Assembly: GCF_003231495.1 (NCBI RefSeq)
Contig: NZ_PQWO01000004.1
Coordinates: 360,001-392,000, forward strand
Direction of reading: 5' to 3'
Source of the DNA: Acaryochloris thomasi RCC1774
GTDB taxonomy: Bacteria; Cyanobacteriota; Cyanobacteriia; Thermosynechococcales; Thermosynechococcaceae
DNA: 32,000 bases
The number at the start of each line of letters is the position of its first letter. The stretch's first letter is position 1. Under the pieces are notes generated by a model. That model saw only the letters and a program-made list of their open reading frames with translations, searched no databases and had not been told where the DNA came from. The translations under genes and the position numbers were made by a program. This document shows, piece by piece, positions 17,833-26,344 of the stretch.

Positions 17833-20800
17833 CTAGTTCTCTGCAGAAGCATCGATAGCCCCTAGCTGTTGCAATGTCGAGATTTCAGACTCTGTCAGTC
17901 CTTCAACGCCCGCAATATTCATCCCATCATAGGGTTCTTTATTTTTGATAGTCTTCAGGCATTTACCCGTGTTGATTGACCACAAACGAATTGTCTTATC
18001 ATCACTGCCGCTGGCCAGCGTCCGTCCATCAGGGCTAAACGCAACGGACCAGATGCTATTCATGTGTCCTTTCAAGATATGGACAGGCTCACGCGTCTGA
18101 GTGTTCCATAGGCGGACGGTGCGATCGGCGCTACCGCTGGCAATCCACTTTCCATCTGGGCTTACCGCGACGGAGATCACCCAGTTCTCATGGTCTTGGA
18201 ACACCTGTTCACACGTTCCCGTACTCGTGTCCCAAAGCCTTATTGTTTGGTCCATGCTGCTGCTGACGAGAAAGTCTCCTGTGGGTGAAAAGGCAATGCA
18301 CCAGAGCCCGCTGGTGTGGCCTTCCCAGGTATCTATGCAGTCGTAGGTATTCAAATCCCAGAGCTTGATAGTGCGATCGTATGAGCCGCTGGCTAGCAGA
18401 TTCTTCTGAGGATGGAAGGCGACTGAGCTGACCCAATGCCGATGGCCCGTTAGCGTTTGCTGACAGTTGCCCCTGTCTACGTTCCATAGTTTGATGGTCT
18501 GATCGGCACTGCCGCTGGCTAAGAGGCTGCCAGATGGGTCAAAAGCAACTGACCAGACCGATTTTGTATGGCCTGAGAAGTGGCAGTGCGATTGCTGCTT
18601 ATTGAGCTGCCACAGATGCACGTCCCCTTCTTCGTTCCCACTTGCTAATTGCTGTCCGCTGGGGCTGAAGGCTACAGACCAGATTGCCTCCTGCACGCCG
18701 CTGAGGGGTTCTGATGCGTTTTCTAGATCAGCAGCCTGCATATCCCATAGATAGATGTTGCGATCGCCCTGTCCGCTCGCAAGCTGACTGCCGTCTGGAC
18801 TAAACGCCAGTGCCCACACCCAGTTTCCGCTTCCCTGCAGCGACTTTAGGCATTGGCCATTTCCAAGATGCCAAAGCCGCAGAGTGCGATCTTCGCTGCC
18901 GCTGGTCAAATAGTTACCGTCTGAACTAAAGGCGACCGACCACACCCAATTGCTATGCCCAGTTAAAACACGCAAACACTGTTGCGTTTGCACATCCCAC
19001 AAGCGAACCGTTTGGTCTGCGCTACCGCTGGCTAGCTGAGTTCCATCGGGGCTAAAGGCCACCATCCAAATCCAGTTTTGATGACCGTTTAATGTCTGCA
19101 GACACTGCCCTGAAGGCATATCCCACAGACGAATGGTTTGGTCCGCACTACCGCTGGCTAGTTGGGTGCCATCGGCGCTAAAGGCCACTGACCATACACC
19201 ATGCTTGTGATCGATGAGTGTGTTTAGGCATTCACCCGTAGGTGATGCCCATAGCTTGATAGTAGAATCGGCGCTGCCGCTGGCCAGGTAGCCTCCGTTA
19301 GGGGCAAACGCAACGGACCAAATGCCGTGCCTATGTCCTTCTAAAACCCGTAGGCATTCACCTGTGTTCACATCCCACAGTCGCACGGTGCGATCGGCGC
19401 TACCGCTGGCTAGCAGTTTTCCATCAGGGCTAAAGGCGACCGACATCACCCAGTTCTGATGTCCTTCTAAAATGTGTAGGCACTCACCTGTGTTCACATC
19501 CCACAGTCGCACGGTTCGATCAGCGCTAGCGCTGGCTAGCTGCATTCCGTCGGGACTGAACACAACTGAGCACACCCAGTTTTGATGTCCTTCAAACGTA
19601 GAGATGTGCGAGCAAATATCGGCAATAGACCCTGGTGATGCGGCGGATGGCAATTGCGATCGCCAAAGCCAGATCTCGCCGTTCGTGTCGCCTGTTGCGA
19701 GTGCGTTGTCTTCAGCTCTGAAGGCCATCGCGCGGATGCTGCCGAAGGGCTGATTAAAAATCGAGTCAGACAGATCCGACCCAGAAAAATTGACGTTGTG
19801 TAGGGTCAGTCCCTGAAGCGAGGTTTGGCGAAGGGTGAGGTTTGAAAAGTCGTAGCCCTGCAGGTCGATCCCTAGATGATGCAAGAGGGTCAGGACATTG
19901 CTGCCTAAATAGCTAAGATCGCGTGTTGGCAGCCTCTGCACTGGCTCAAGACTTGCAGTTAGTGTTGAGGCTAAGGCTTCTGTCGACGACCATTCTGTCT
20001 GTAGCTTCGACATAATGGGAGCTAAAATTAGCCGAATTTGAGCTTGATAGATGTGGTCACCACTATTTGCCTTAACTAGCCCGTAAGAACGTAGTTGATC
20101 AGGCGTTTGACTGCGAACCTCCTCACAGACTCGGTCAATTAGCTCTCCCGTAAAGTAGTCCATGATCACCGCTTGCTGAGTGATGCGAGAGCCATTTTTT
20201 TCCAGCAACGAGCGTCGCTCTAAAGAGTCTATGGCCTGCAACAGCTTGTTAAGCGGCACTGTCTCAACCATATCTAGTTGAAGCGTTCGCCACACCACCG
20301 GCTCTCGGTTGACCGCCAGCCAATACATGATGTCCCGCTCCATGGCAGGCAGTCGTTTCATTTGCTGCGCCAGCAGCTGTTTAATATCACCAAAAATGAA
20401 TAAATCTTGCTGCGCCAGCTCCAAGAAAGCAGAAAGGCTCCCGTCGAAGTAGTCTCTGACTGACGCTGCGATAATCTTGAGGGCAAGTGGATTGCCACTA
20501 TAGACTTTTACGAGCTGATTCCACTCAGCCTCAGTGCCTATAAATGGGCTATTGACTTGGCCGGTTGCATGGATCAGCGCTTGCCCTTCAGCCGTAGAAA
20601 GGCCTGAGAGCTGCAAGCTGCGGATCGGAGATGTTTCGCCAACTTGAACTGAGATCTCCTTGGGTAGCTCACGCGAGGTCAGCAAAATGCTGCTGTTATG
20701 GTCGGTTTCACTCAGGGTTCTAAGCAGTTGACCATAGCCTTCATATCCTGAGAGGTAAGTACCTGCACGATCGCCTTCCCCAAAAAGCGATTCAATATTG

Positions 20801-21510
20801 TCAAGAACAATTAAGCAGCGCTCATTACGCAGGCAGTTCATCAGCTGTAACAGCTGAGCGTCAAAACTTTCAGCGACTTCATTGCCAATTAGATGAACCG
20901 TTGGCCGCTCTATAAAAAAGTTAAGAATGCTCGCTAGTATCTCTTGAACCGGCGGTGCATTTTTCAGACTGCGCCATATTAAATAGTCAAAACGATCTGC
21001 GACGCGATGCGCCAGCTTTGCACTCAGTGTCGTCTTCCCAATGCCGCCGATGCCACAGAGCGCCACAAGACGACATCGCTCCTGAACAAGCCAACCTTCT
21101 AAGGTTGCTAGCGTCTGCTCACGCCCAAAGAAGACAGAACTATCAATCGCTTCACCCCAGTCTTGAGTGTCTTGGGATGCAGATGCTTGCTCCGTATTGC
21201 GCTGAGCAGAGTCCTCTCTAGCACTGTCTTTAGCAGTTTGGCGATTTTCTCTCTGGACAATCGGTGAGCTAGTTTTTTTCGGTAGCTCCAGGTCTAAATC
21301 GGCTATTTCTTCCCATTCTAGATTGAGCACTGTGCAGAGTTCGGTGAATGTGGCAAAGTCTACGGGTTTACCACTTAAGAATTTTTTGACGGTTGCTAGA
21401 GAATAGCCCGCTCTTTCAGATACAGCACGCTGAGTCAGAAACCCGTTGCGCTTAATAGCGATCCGAAGGGTCTGCAAACGACCTTGATGGGCTTTCAGCG
21501 AACGGGGCAT
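17833..21510 (-). CDS. STAND NTPase: N-terminal HTH + NB-ARC ATPase + short pentapeptide tract + 14 WD40 repeats
   Basis: 1225 aa.
- HTH: aa ~20-65, LTQRAVSERAGYSLATVKKFLSG.
- P-loop: GIGGIGKTT (nt 21028-21054).
- Walker B: CLIVLDNIE.
- RNBS-B-like motif: ILLTSRE.
- GxP motif: SGNPLALKIIA.
- Pentapeptide-like tract: DFSNLTLRQTSLQGLTLHNVNFSGSDLSDS.
- WD40: 14 repeats of GHxNWVxSVAFSPDGxxLASGSxDxTxRLWD.
- Conserved tail: PYDGMNIAGVEGLTESEISTLQQLGA. Confidence 0.95.
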   Translation of the reverse strand: MPRSLKAHQGRLQTLRIAIKRNGFLTQRAVSERAGYSLATVKKFLSGKPVDFATFTELCTVLNLEWEEIADLDLELPKKTSSPIVQRENRQTAKDSAREDSAQRNTEQASASQDTQDWGEAIDSSVFFGREQTLATLEGWLVQERCRLVALCGIGGIGKTTLSAKLAHRVADRFDYLIWRSLKNAPPVQEILASILNFFIERPTVHLIGNEVAESFDAQLLQLMNCLRNERCLIVLDNIESLFGEGDRAGTYLSGYEGYGQLLRTLSETDHNSSILLTSRELPKEISVQVGETSPIRSLQLSGLSTAEGQALIHATGQVNSPFIGTEAEWNQLVKVYSGNPLALKIIAASVRDYFDGSLSAFLELAQQDLFIFGDIKQLLAQQMKRLPAMERDIMYWLAVNREPVVWRTLQLDMVETVPLNKLLQAIDSLERRSLLEKNGSRITQQAVIMDYFTGELIDRVCEEVRSQTPDQLRSYGLVKANSGDHIYQAQIRLILAPIMSKLQTEWSSTEALASTLTASLEPVQRLPTRDLSYLGSNVLTLLHHLGIDLQGYDFSNLTLRQTSLQGLTLHNVNFSGSDLSDSIFNQPFGSIRAMAFRAEDNALATGDTNGEIWLWRSQLPSAASPGSIADICSHISTFEGHQNWVCSVVFSPDGMQLASASADRTVRLWDVNTGECLHILEGHQNWVMSVAFSPDGKLLASGSADRTVRLWDVNTGECLRVLEGHRHGIWSVAFAPNGGYLASGSADSTIKLWASPTGECLNTLIDHKHGVWSVAFSADGTQLASGSADQTIRLWDMPSGQCLQTLNGHQNWIWMVAFSPDGTQLASGSADQTVRLWDVQTQQCLRVLTGHSNWVWSVAFSSDGNYLTSGSEDRTLRLWHLGNGQCLKSLQGSGNWVWALAFSPDGSQLASGQGDRNIYLWDMQAADLENASEPLSGVQEAIWSVAFSPSGQQLASGNEEGDVHLWQLNKQQSHCHFSGHTKSVWSVAFDPSGSLLASGSADQTIKLWNVDRGNCQQTLTGHRHWVSSVAFHPQKNLLASGSYDRTIKLWDLNTYDCIDTWEGHTSGLWCIAFSPTGDFLVSSSMDQTIRLWDTSTGTCEQVFQDHENWVISVAVSPDGKWIASGSADRTVRLWNTQTREPVHILKGHMNSIWSVAFSPDGRTLASGSDDKTIRLWSINTGKCLKTIKNKEPYDGMNIAGVEGLTESEISTLQQLGAIDASAEN

Positions 21511-21988
21511 GGCTATTTAACCTAGGTGGAATTTGAAGAAAACGATAAGAAGTGGCTAAGTATTTATCAGGGCTAGGTCGCAACATCATGCATTGATTCT
21601 GTTGCAATCATCAAAACAGACACTAATTATAGTGTTGCCGTATCCAAGCTTCAAAGCCAGACATAGCATTTCCTAAAATCCCTGCAACAGGACCCTACAG
21701 TCCGCGTTGGCTTCAGGGCAGCGGCCAAAAATCTGCTTTAGAGATCGTGGCTAATAAATGATGGGCATCACTGCAGGTCCAGAGGAGTTGGATTAGGTTT
21801 GCGAAGGCCGACCGGAGGTCATCGCATCTCCAGACTGTAGCTAACTTGGATCAAAATGAATATGCGTCTCGGTTTGAGCGAAAGGTTGTAGATCAGACAC
21901 CTCTGAAACATTAACGCATTTAGCACCGCTCTCTTGTCGCGCATTGGGAGCCTAGCCCCGCGTTGAGTGATGAAAGGTGGGTGTTCCG

Positions 21989-22010
21989 GCTTCTAGCTGG
22001 CTTCTAGCTG
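21989..22010. repeat. tandem 2 x 11 bp repeat GCTTCTAGCTG inside the long non-coding gap
   Basis: Read directly from ccgGCTTCTAGCTGGCTTCTAGCTGgag. Each unit contains the CTAG and AGCT palindromes. Its function is unknown. Confidence 0.6.
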
Positions 22011-22225
22011 GAGATGGACCAACAGCGGACAACGTCTCTTGTTCTCGCGACGTAGACCTTCGCCCAATGAAACCCAATGTTCTTGCTTAGCCCTCCACAA
22101 ACTAGGCTTGTGACACCCTATTTTGTCCCATTGAGGTTTCTTCTTAGTTCTACGAAGATTGAGATTGTCAAGCGAATATATCAATTCGACTCCACCAATC
22201 TTTATTTATAACTAGGACAAATAGG

Positions 22226-22780
22226 ATGAAAACATCTCAAGTAATCGCTCATAATCTAGTCAAAAAAGGTTTGCTTCTCACTGCAACTACCGCTTTAAGT
22301 CTGGCTGCAGTTACAACTTTCACCCATGCACCGGCCCATGCTTTTTGCATTGAGCTACCCGGACTCAGGCTCGGGTGCGACGGTGGCACAACACCCATTA
22401 CTCCTCCCTCAGTACCCAAATATTCTGTTGCTCAGAAGAACCCGCATACCCGAAGTGTTGTGCAACGTTTTGGCCCCGTTGACAAACTGAAAGTCAACGA
22501 TCTGATTGAAGTCGCACTGGAGACCGTTCGTTCTCAGGGAGGTGGCTTCGGTCGTCGCCGAGAAATTATTGCAGAGAATGAAACCCTTGAAAATCCACAA
22601 CGATCTGTGGTCACGATTACGGAAGAAGGATTTGCCGATGACTCTGTCCGAGGCCACCGATATACGCTTCAGTTGCAGAAAGATGCTGATGGGAACTGGG
22701 TCGTTGCTGACCTGCAGAAGTCATGGGTTTGCCAGTCTGGTCGCGGATCTCAAGTTTACGCTCAAGAACTTTGTCATTAA
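22226..22780 (+). CDS. exported hypothetical protein (Sec signal peptide, 4 Cys)
   Basis: 184 aa. The signal-like N-terminus is KKGLLLTATTALSLAAVTTFTHAPAHA/FC. AGG lies just upstream of the ATG. I recognise no family. Confidence 0.6.
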   Translation: MKTSQVIAHNLVKKGLLLTATTALSLAAVTTFTHAPAHAFCIELPGLRLGCDGGTTPITPPSVPKYSVAQKNPHTRSVVQRFGPVDKLKVNDLIEVALETVRSQGGGFGRRREIIAENETLENPQRSVVTITEEGFADDSVRGHRYTLQLQKDADGNWVVADLQKSWVCQSGRGSQVYAQELCH

Positions 22781-22845
22781 ATTCAGGCTCTTCGGCTTCA
22801 AGGTTGGTGAGCCTGTGAAATCAACGCAATTATTAGGTTTATCTC

Positions 22846-24024
22846 ATGAAAAATAATCAGTTTAGAATTCTCGGGGCTGTTATTCTCTGCAGCAGTCTGC
22901 TCTCTTGCAAATCGATTGAAGCGAAGCAATCAACTCAACTGCAAACGCCTACTGCAGAATCAGCGACAGCCCAATCCTCCGAGGATACAGCAGAGTCTGT
23001 AGCACTAACGCTACCGTCAGGTCAGCCTGCTACGCGACTGGTGGACGATCTGCAAAAGTCGGTTATTTTTAATCAAATTCTGCAGCAGAAGCAAAAGCTG
23101 GGGCTTTGTCAAGACAGTATTGACCACACAGAACCAAGGGCGACTGAGGTCTTTAGCAACGGTCAAGGTCAATATCTAGTCAATGTTTTATGTTTCACGG
23201 CGGCTTACCAAGGGGCCTATGAATTTATTTTGGTTGAGGGCGTCAATAATCAGTTTGAGATCAAACATTCAGGTCTCTCGCTAGCTGGGTATCCAACATT
23301 GGATAAAAAGACAAATGTTTTATACAACGATTACAAGCTCAACGGTGCAGGGAGCTGCATTCAGTCTTCGCAACACCACTGGGATGGTTATCAGCTGAAA
23401 CTGGTTTCCTCTGTTTTTGAAGATGGTGTAGAGAACGGCTGCAAAGATTTGGGGGTGCGATCGCCCTCTGCAGACAAGCTCATTACCGCGACAAGCGTTG
23501 GTCCCGCTAAGCTGGGAATGACGTTGGCAGAGCTTCGGCAAGTCTTGCCTTCTAATGCCAAACTTGAACCTACTCAGTTAGGTGTTGATTTGCCCTCTGG
23601 GGCAAGAGTGAGTTTCGGTGGAGAGGTCCAGTATGATCTAGCCTTCGATTCTGAGAATGCTAAGACATCTCCTATTTTTGATCAGTCTAGGATTAAGTGG
23701 ATTATTGCTCGAAATCCTTTGTACCAGACGGCAGAAGGTGTTGGTCCTGGAACGCTGCTCAAAGAGGCCGTCTCGCATTACGGTGCTGCAACATTGGCCT
23801 ATAACTATGAGAGTGAAAGCCGTGAATCTATCGATTTTGCGAAGGGGCCATTCTCTACAACTTCGGGGACAAGAGTTTGGATTCGCTCTAATCAATGGAC
23901 GCTGACTGATTTTGCGGGTCTCTATCCCGAGGACGAACAGCGGGCTAGCTATCAGCAAACGCAAAACTACCGCGATCACGCAGCAATTGGGTCCATTGCA
24001 ATTTATCAGTCTCCTGCCCACTGA
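22846..24024 (+). CDS. putative lipoprotein, unknown function
   Basis: 392 aa. The N-terminus MKNNQFRILGAVILCSSLLSC/KS has a lipobox-like LLSC. It starts 65 nt after the previous gene. It contains conserved-looking Cys residues and a Gly/Tyr-rich fold. I recognise no family with confidence. Confidence 0.7.
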   Translation: MKNNQFRILGAVILCSSLLSCKSIEAKQSTQLQTPTAESATAQSSEDTAESVALTLPSGQPATRLVDDLQKSVIFNQILQQKQKLGLCQDSIDHTEPRATEVFSNGQGQYLVNVLCFTAAYQGAYEFILVEGVNNQFEIKHSGLSLAGYPTLDKKTNVLYNDYKLNGAGSCIQSSQHHWDGYQLKLVSSVFEDGVENGCKDLGVRSPSADKLITATSVGPAKLGMTLAELRQVLPSNAKLEPTQLGVDLPSGARVSFGGEVQYDLAFDSENAKTSPIFDQSRIKWIIARNPLYQTAEGVGPGTLLKEAVSHYGAATLAYNYESESRESIDFAKGPFSTTSGTRVWIRSNQWTLTDFAGLYPEDEQRASYQQTQNYRDHAAIGSIAIYQSPAH

Positions 24025-24072
24025 GCGGGTGGCAATAATTGCTCCCTTTAAGTCCTATCCATCTCAAAACCA

Positions 24073-24876
24073 ATGAAAATAACGTCTAAAGCAATTCTTT
24101 GGCTGCTAACGCCAGCTACTCTGTTGACCTGTCTTTCTCCAGCCCAGGCAAACTGCAGCGATCGCATCGCTGACATCACATTAGTTCGTCCCGTAATGGA
24201 GAGGGTGTGGAACGAGCTTGAGACTGCAACCCAATATAGTTGGGGAACAGAACGGCCCTACGGAGAACTCAGTGAAAATCGCATTACCTTGACCCCTGAG
24301 TTTGAGCGCTTGACGGGGCCACAGAAAAAACAGGTTCTAGATCGCCTGTACCTGGAGTACGACAGTAACTGGTTTGACCTGCTAACGCCTCAAGAGCAAA
24401 CCGACGCCCTGAAGCATCCTGGGATTGGTGCTCTCTCACCCTACGAGGTGTACACCTACGATGGTCGGCTGATTTCTGTGCCCTATGACGGCTGTACCCG
24501 CACGACGCTAATGACAGAAAAAGCTCGCTACAGCTACTATTTCCAAAGGCTAATCAAGAATAGTCCAGCATCCCAGCAAAACGTCACCGCTGAAATGCTG
24601 AGAAACGCCGACCAACCTCATTGGCGCAATGTAAGCATTCCGATTACTGCAGCAGCAGAGCAATCAGTGCGCATGAAGTTCTGGCAAACGATAGGGATTC
24701 AACGAGCCGCGCAGGAATGGTGGATCGCGTGGGTTCCTGAGCAGGGCTACTTTGAGATCAACGTACCCGCGAACGATTCGCGACTCCAGAACTTTTGGAC
24801 GATGGCTCCTCGGCAGTATCGATATGCAGTCGTGACAGCAGACGGGACATTGGAGCAGCTCAAGAAGTTTGACTAG
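24073..24876 (+). CDS. exported hypothetical protein
   Basis: 267 aa. The signal peptide is MKITSKAILWLLTPATLLTCLSPAQA/NC. The protein is Trp/Tyr-rich. It starts 48 nt after the previous gene. I recognise no family. Confidence 0.7.
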   Translation: MKITSKAILWLLTPATLLTCLSPAQANCSDRIADITLVRPVMERVWNELETATQYSWGTERPYGELSENRITLTPEFERLTGPQKKQVLDRLYLEYDSNWFDLLTPQEQTDALKHPGIGALSPYEVYTYDGRLISVPYDGCTRTTLMTEKARYSYYFQRLIKNSPASQQNVTAEMLRNADQPHWRNVSIPITAAAEQSVRMKFWQTIGIQRAAQEWWIAWVPEQGYFEINVPANDSRLQNFWTMAPRQYRYAVVTADGTLEQLKKFD

Positions 24877-24970
24877 TTGGAGGTGCCGCCTGGGGGCGTT
24901 GAGATTCTACTAGGCGTTCAGATATAAGGGGCTATGATGGGTCCAGGGGTTTCGGGACTCAACGTTTTAG

Positions 24971-26275
24971 ATGGATTTAGGATCTGAATTTACATGGGCG
25001 ATCGCAAAGCAGATCGCAGATCGCCTCATGTTTGACAGCACCAGCAGATACCTGAGCGACGTCGAAATCTTAGTTTTACAAGGTTCCTGGGAAGGCAAGA
25101 GCTATAGCGATATTGCTGAACAGTATGGCTACTCAACGGAATACATCAATAGCGATGTGGGTTTTACGCTCTGGAGTAAACTCTCTCAGGCTAGCGGCGA
25201 AAAAGTCACCAAGCGAAACTTCCGAGGGGCGCTGGAGCGACAGTGGTTAGCATCAGCACCGACTCCCCGGCCCTCTGCGTCTGAAGTCTCGAAGCCCGAG
25301 CCTTTGTATCTGGAGCGTCCCCCAACTGAGGCTCAGTGCTTTGAAGCGATTTTGAAGCCCGGTGCCTTGATTCGGATTAAAGCCCCGAAAAAGATGGGAA
25401 AAACTTGGCTGCTGGAGCACATTCTTAGCTACGCTCAGCAGCAGGATTACCATACTGTTCCGATTAATTTGATGCGGATTGAAGAGGCGGTACTCCAGGA
25501 TCTAGATCGCTTTTTGAAGTTTTTCAGCAGTCGAGTCACTCGGAAACTCAAGCTCGATAGTTCCATTGATGACTATTGGGATGAAGGGTTGGGCAGCAAC
25601 ACGAGCTGCACCGAATATTTTGAGGAATGTATTTTAGAGAGTTGCGATCGCCCCATCGTCTTAGCCCTCGACAACGCCGATCGCCTATTTCCCTACGGAG
25701 AAGTGGCCTCTAATTTCTTCAGTTTGCTGAGAGCCTGGTATGAAGATGCGCGAATTATCGAAGACTGGCAAAAGTTGCGCCTGGTGATGGCCCACTCCAC
25801 CGATGTATATCCAACGCTGAACGTTAATCGCTCACCGTTCAATGTGGGGCTGGCAGTTGAGCTAGCTGAGTTTACTGACGATCAAGCTGCATCACTGGTC
25901 GAAGGACAACTATCGACGGGCGATCTCCAGACGTTAACCGAAATGGTGGGGGGGCATCCTTATCTAATTCAGCAGGCGATTGAGTATCTGAAGGTGCAGC
26001 CGGATGGCAGCATCAAGACTTTGATGGAGATAGCGCCCACTGAGGCCGGTCCCTATGCTCAGCATCTGCGGGACTTATGGTCGCACTTGCAGGCGCATCC
26101 TGAACTTGCGATCGCAATGAAAACAGTCGCGCAAGCATCAGAGCCGGTACGGATCAAGCCAGAGCAGGGGTTCATGCTGCATAGTTTGGGATTGGTGCGG
26201 CTGAAGGGGAATGAGGTTGAGGTGCGATGTACATTGTATAAGCTGTATTTTTGCGATCGCCTTGAAGACTTGTGA
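24971..26275 (+). CDS. HTH-fused STAND-like P-loop NTPase (AAA-like, AAA_35-type)
   Basis: 434 aa. The N-terminal module LSDVEILVLQGSWEGKSYSDIAEQYGYSTEYINSDVGFTLWSKLSQASGEKVTKRNFRGALER looks like a sigma-70 region-4/LuxR-like HTH that recurs at the N-termini of cyanobacterial STAND/WD40/TPR proteins. Walker A is IRIKAPKKMGKTWLL (nt ~25382-25402) and Walker B is PIVLALDNADRLF. A helical C-terminal region follows. Confidence 0.8.
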   Translation: MDLGSEFTWAIAKQIADRLMFDSTSRYLSDVEILVLQGSWEGKSYSDIAEQYGYSTEYINSDVGFTLWSKLSQASGEKVTKRNFRGALERQWLASAPTPRPSASEVSKPEPLYLERPPTEAQCFEAILKPGALIRIKAPKKMGKTWLLEHILSYAQQQDYHTVPINLMRIEEAVLQDLDRFLKFFSSRVTRKLKLDSSIDDYWDEGLGSNTSCTEYFEECILESCDRPIVLALDNADRLFPYGEVASNFFSLLRAWYEDARIIEDWQKLRLVMAHSTDVYPTLNVNRSPFNVGLAVELAEFTDDQAASLVEGQLSTGDLQTLTEMVGGHPYLIQQAIEYLKVQPDGSIKTLMEIAPTEAGPYAQHLRDLWSHLQAHPELAIAMKTVAQASEPVRIKPEQGFMLHSLGLVRLKGNEVEVRCTLYKLYFCDRLEDL

Positions 26276-26344
26276 TTAGGAGCGCAGTGAAACGTTTTTT
26301 CATCTGCATCTGATGTCAGCGAAGTGATGGTAAGCCCCTGGCTC

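Noticed and set aside
12586-21510. Regularly spaced nucleotide repeats (147-nt FG-GAP units, 27/108-nt RTX units, 126-nt WD40 units) that could look like a CRISPR or satellite array
   Set aside because: The periods are multiples of 3 and lie inside long ORFs. They encode well-known protein repeats, have no unique spacers, and no cas genes are nearby.
21993-22184. 63-aa basic minus-strand ORF (…LRRTKKKPQWDKIG…) considered as a transposase or mobile-element remnant
   Set aside because: I cannot match it to any transposase family from memory. There are no terminal inverted repeats or target duplications around it. It is kept only as a possibility within the long non-coding gap finding.
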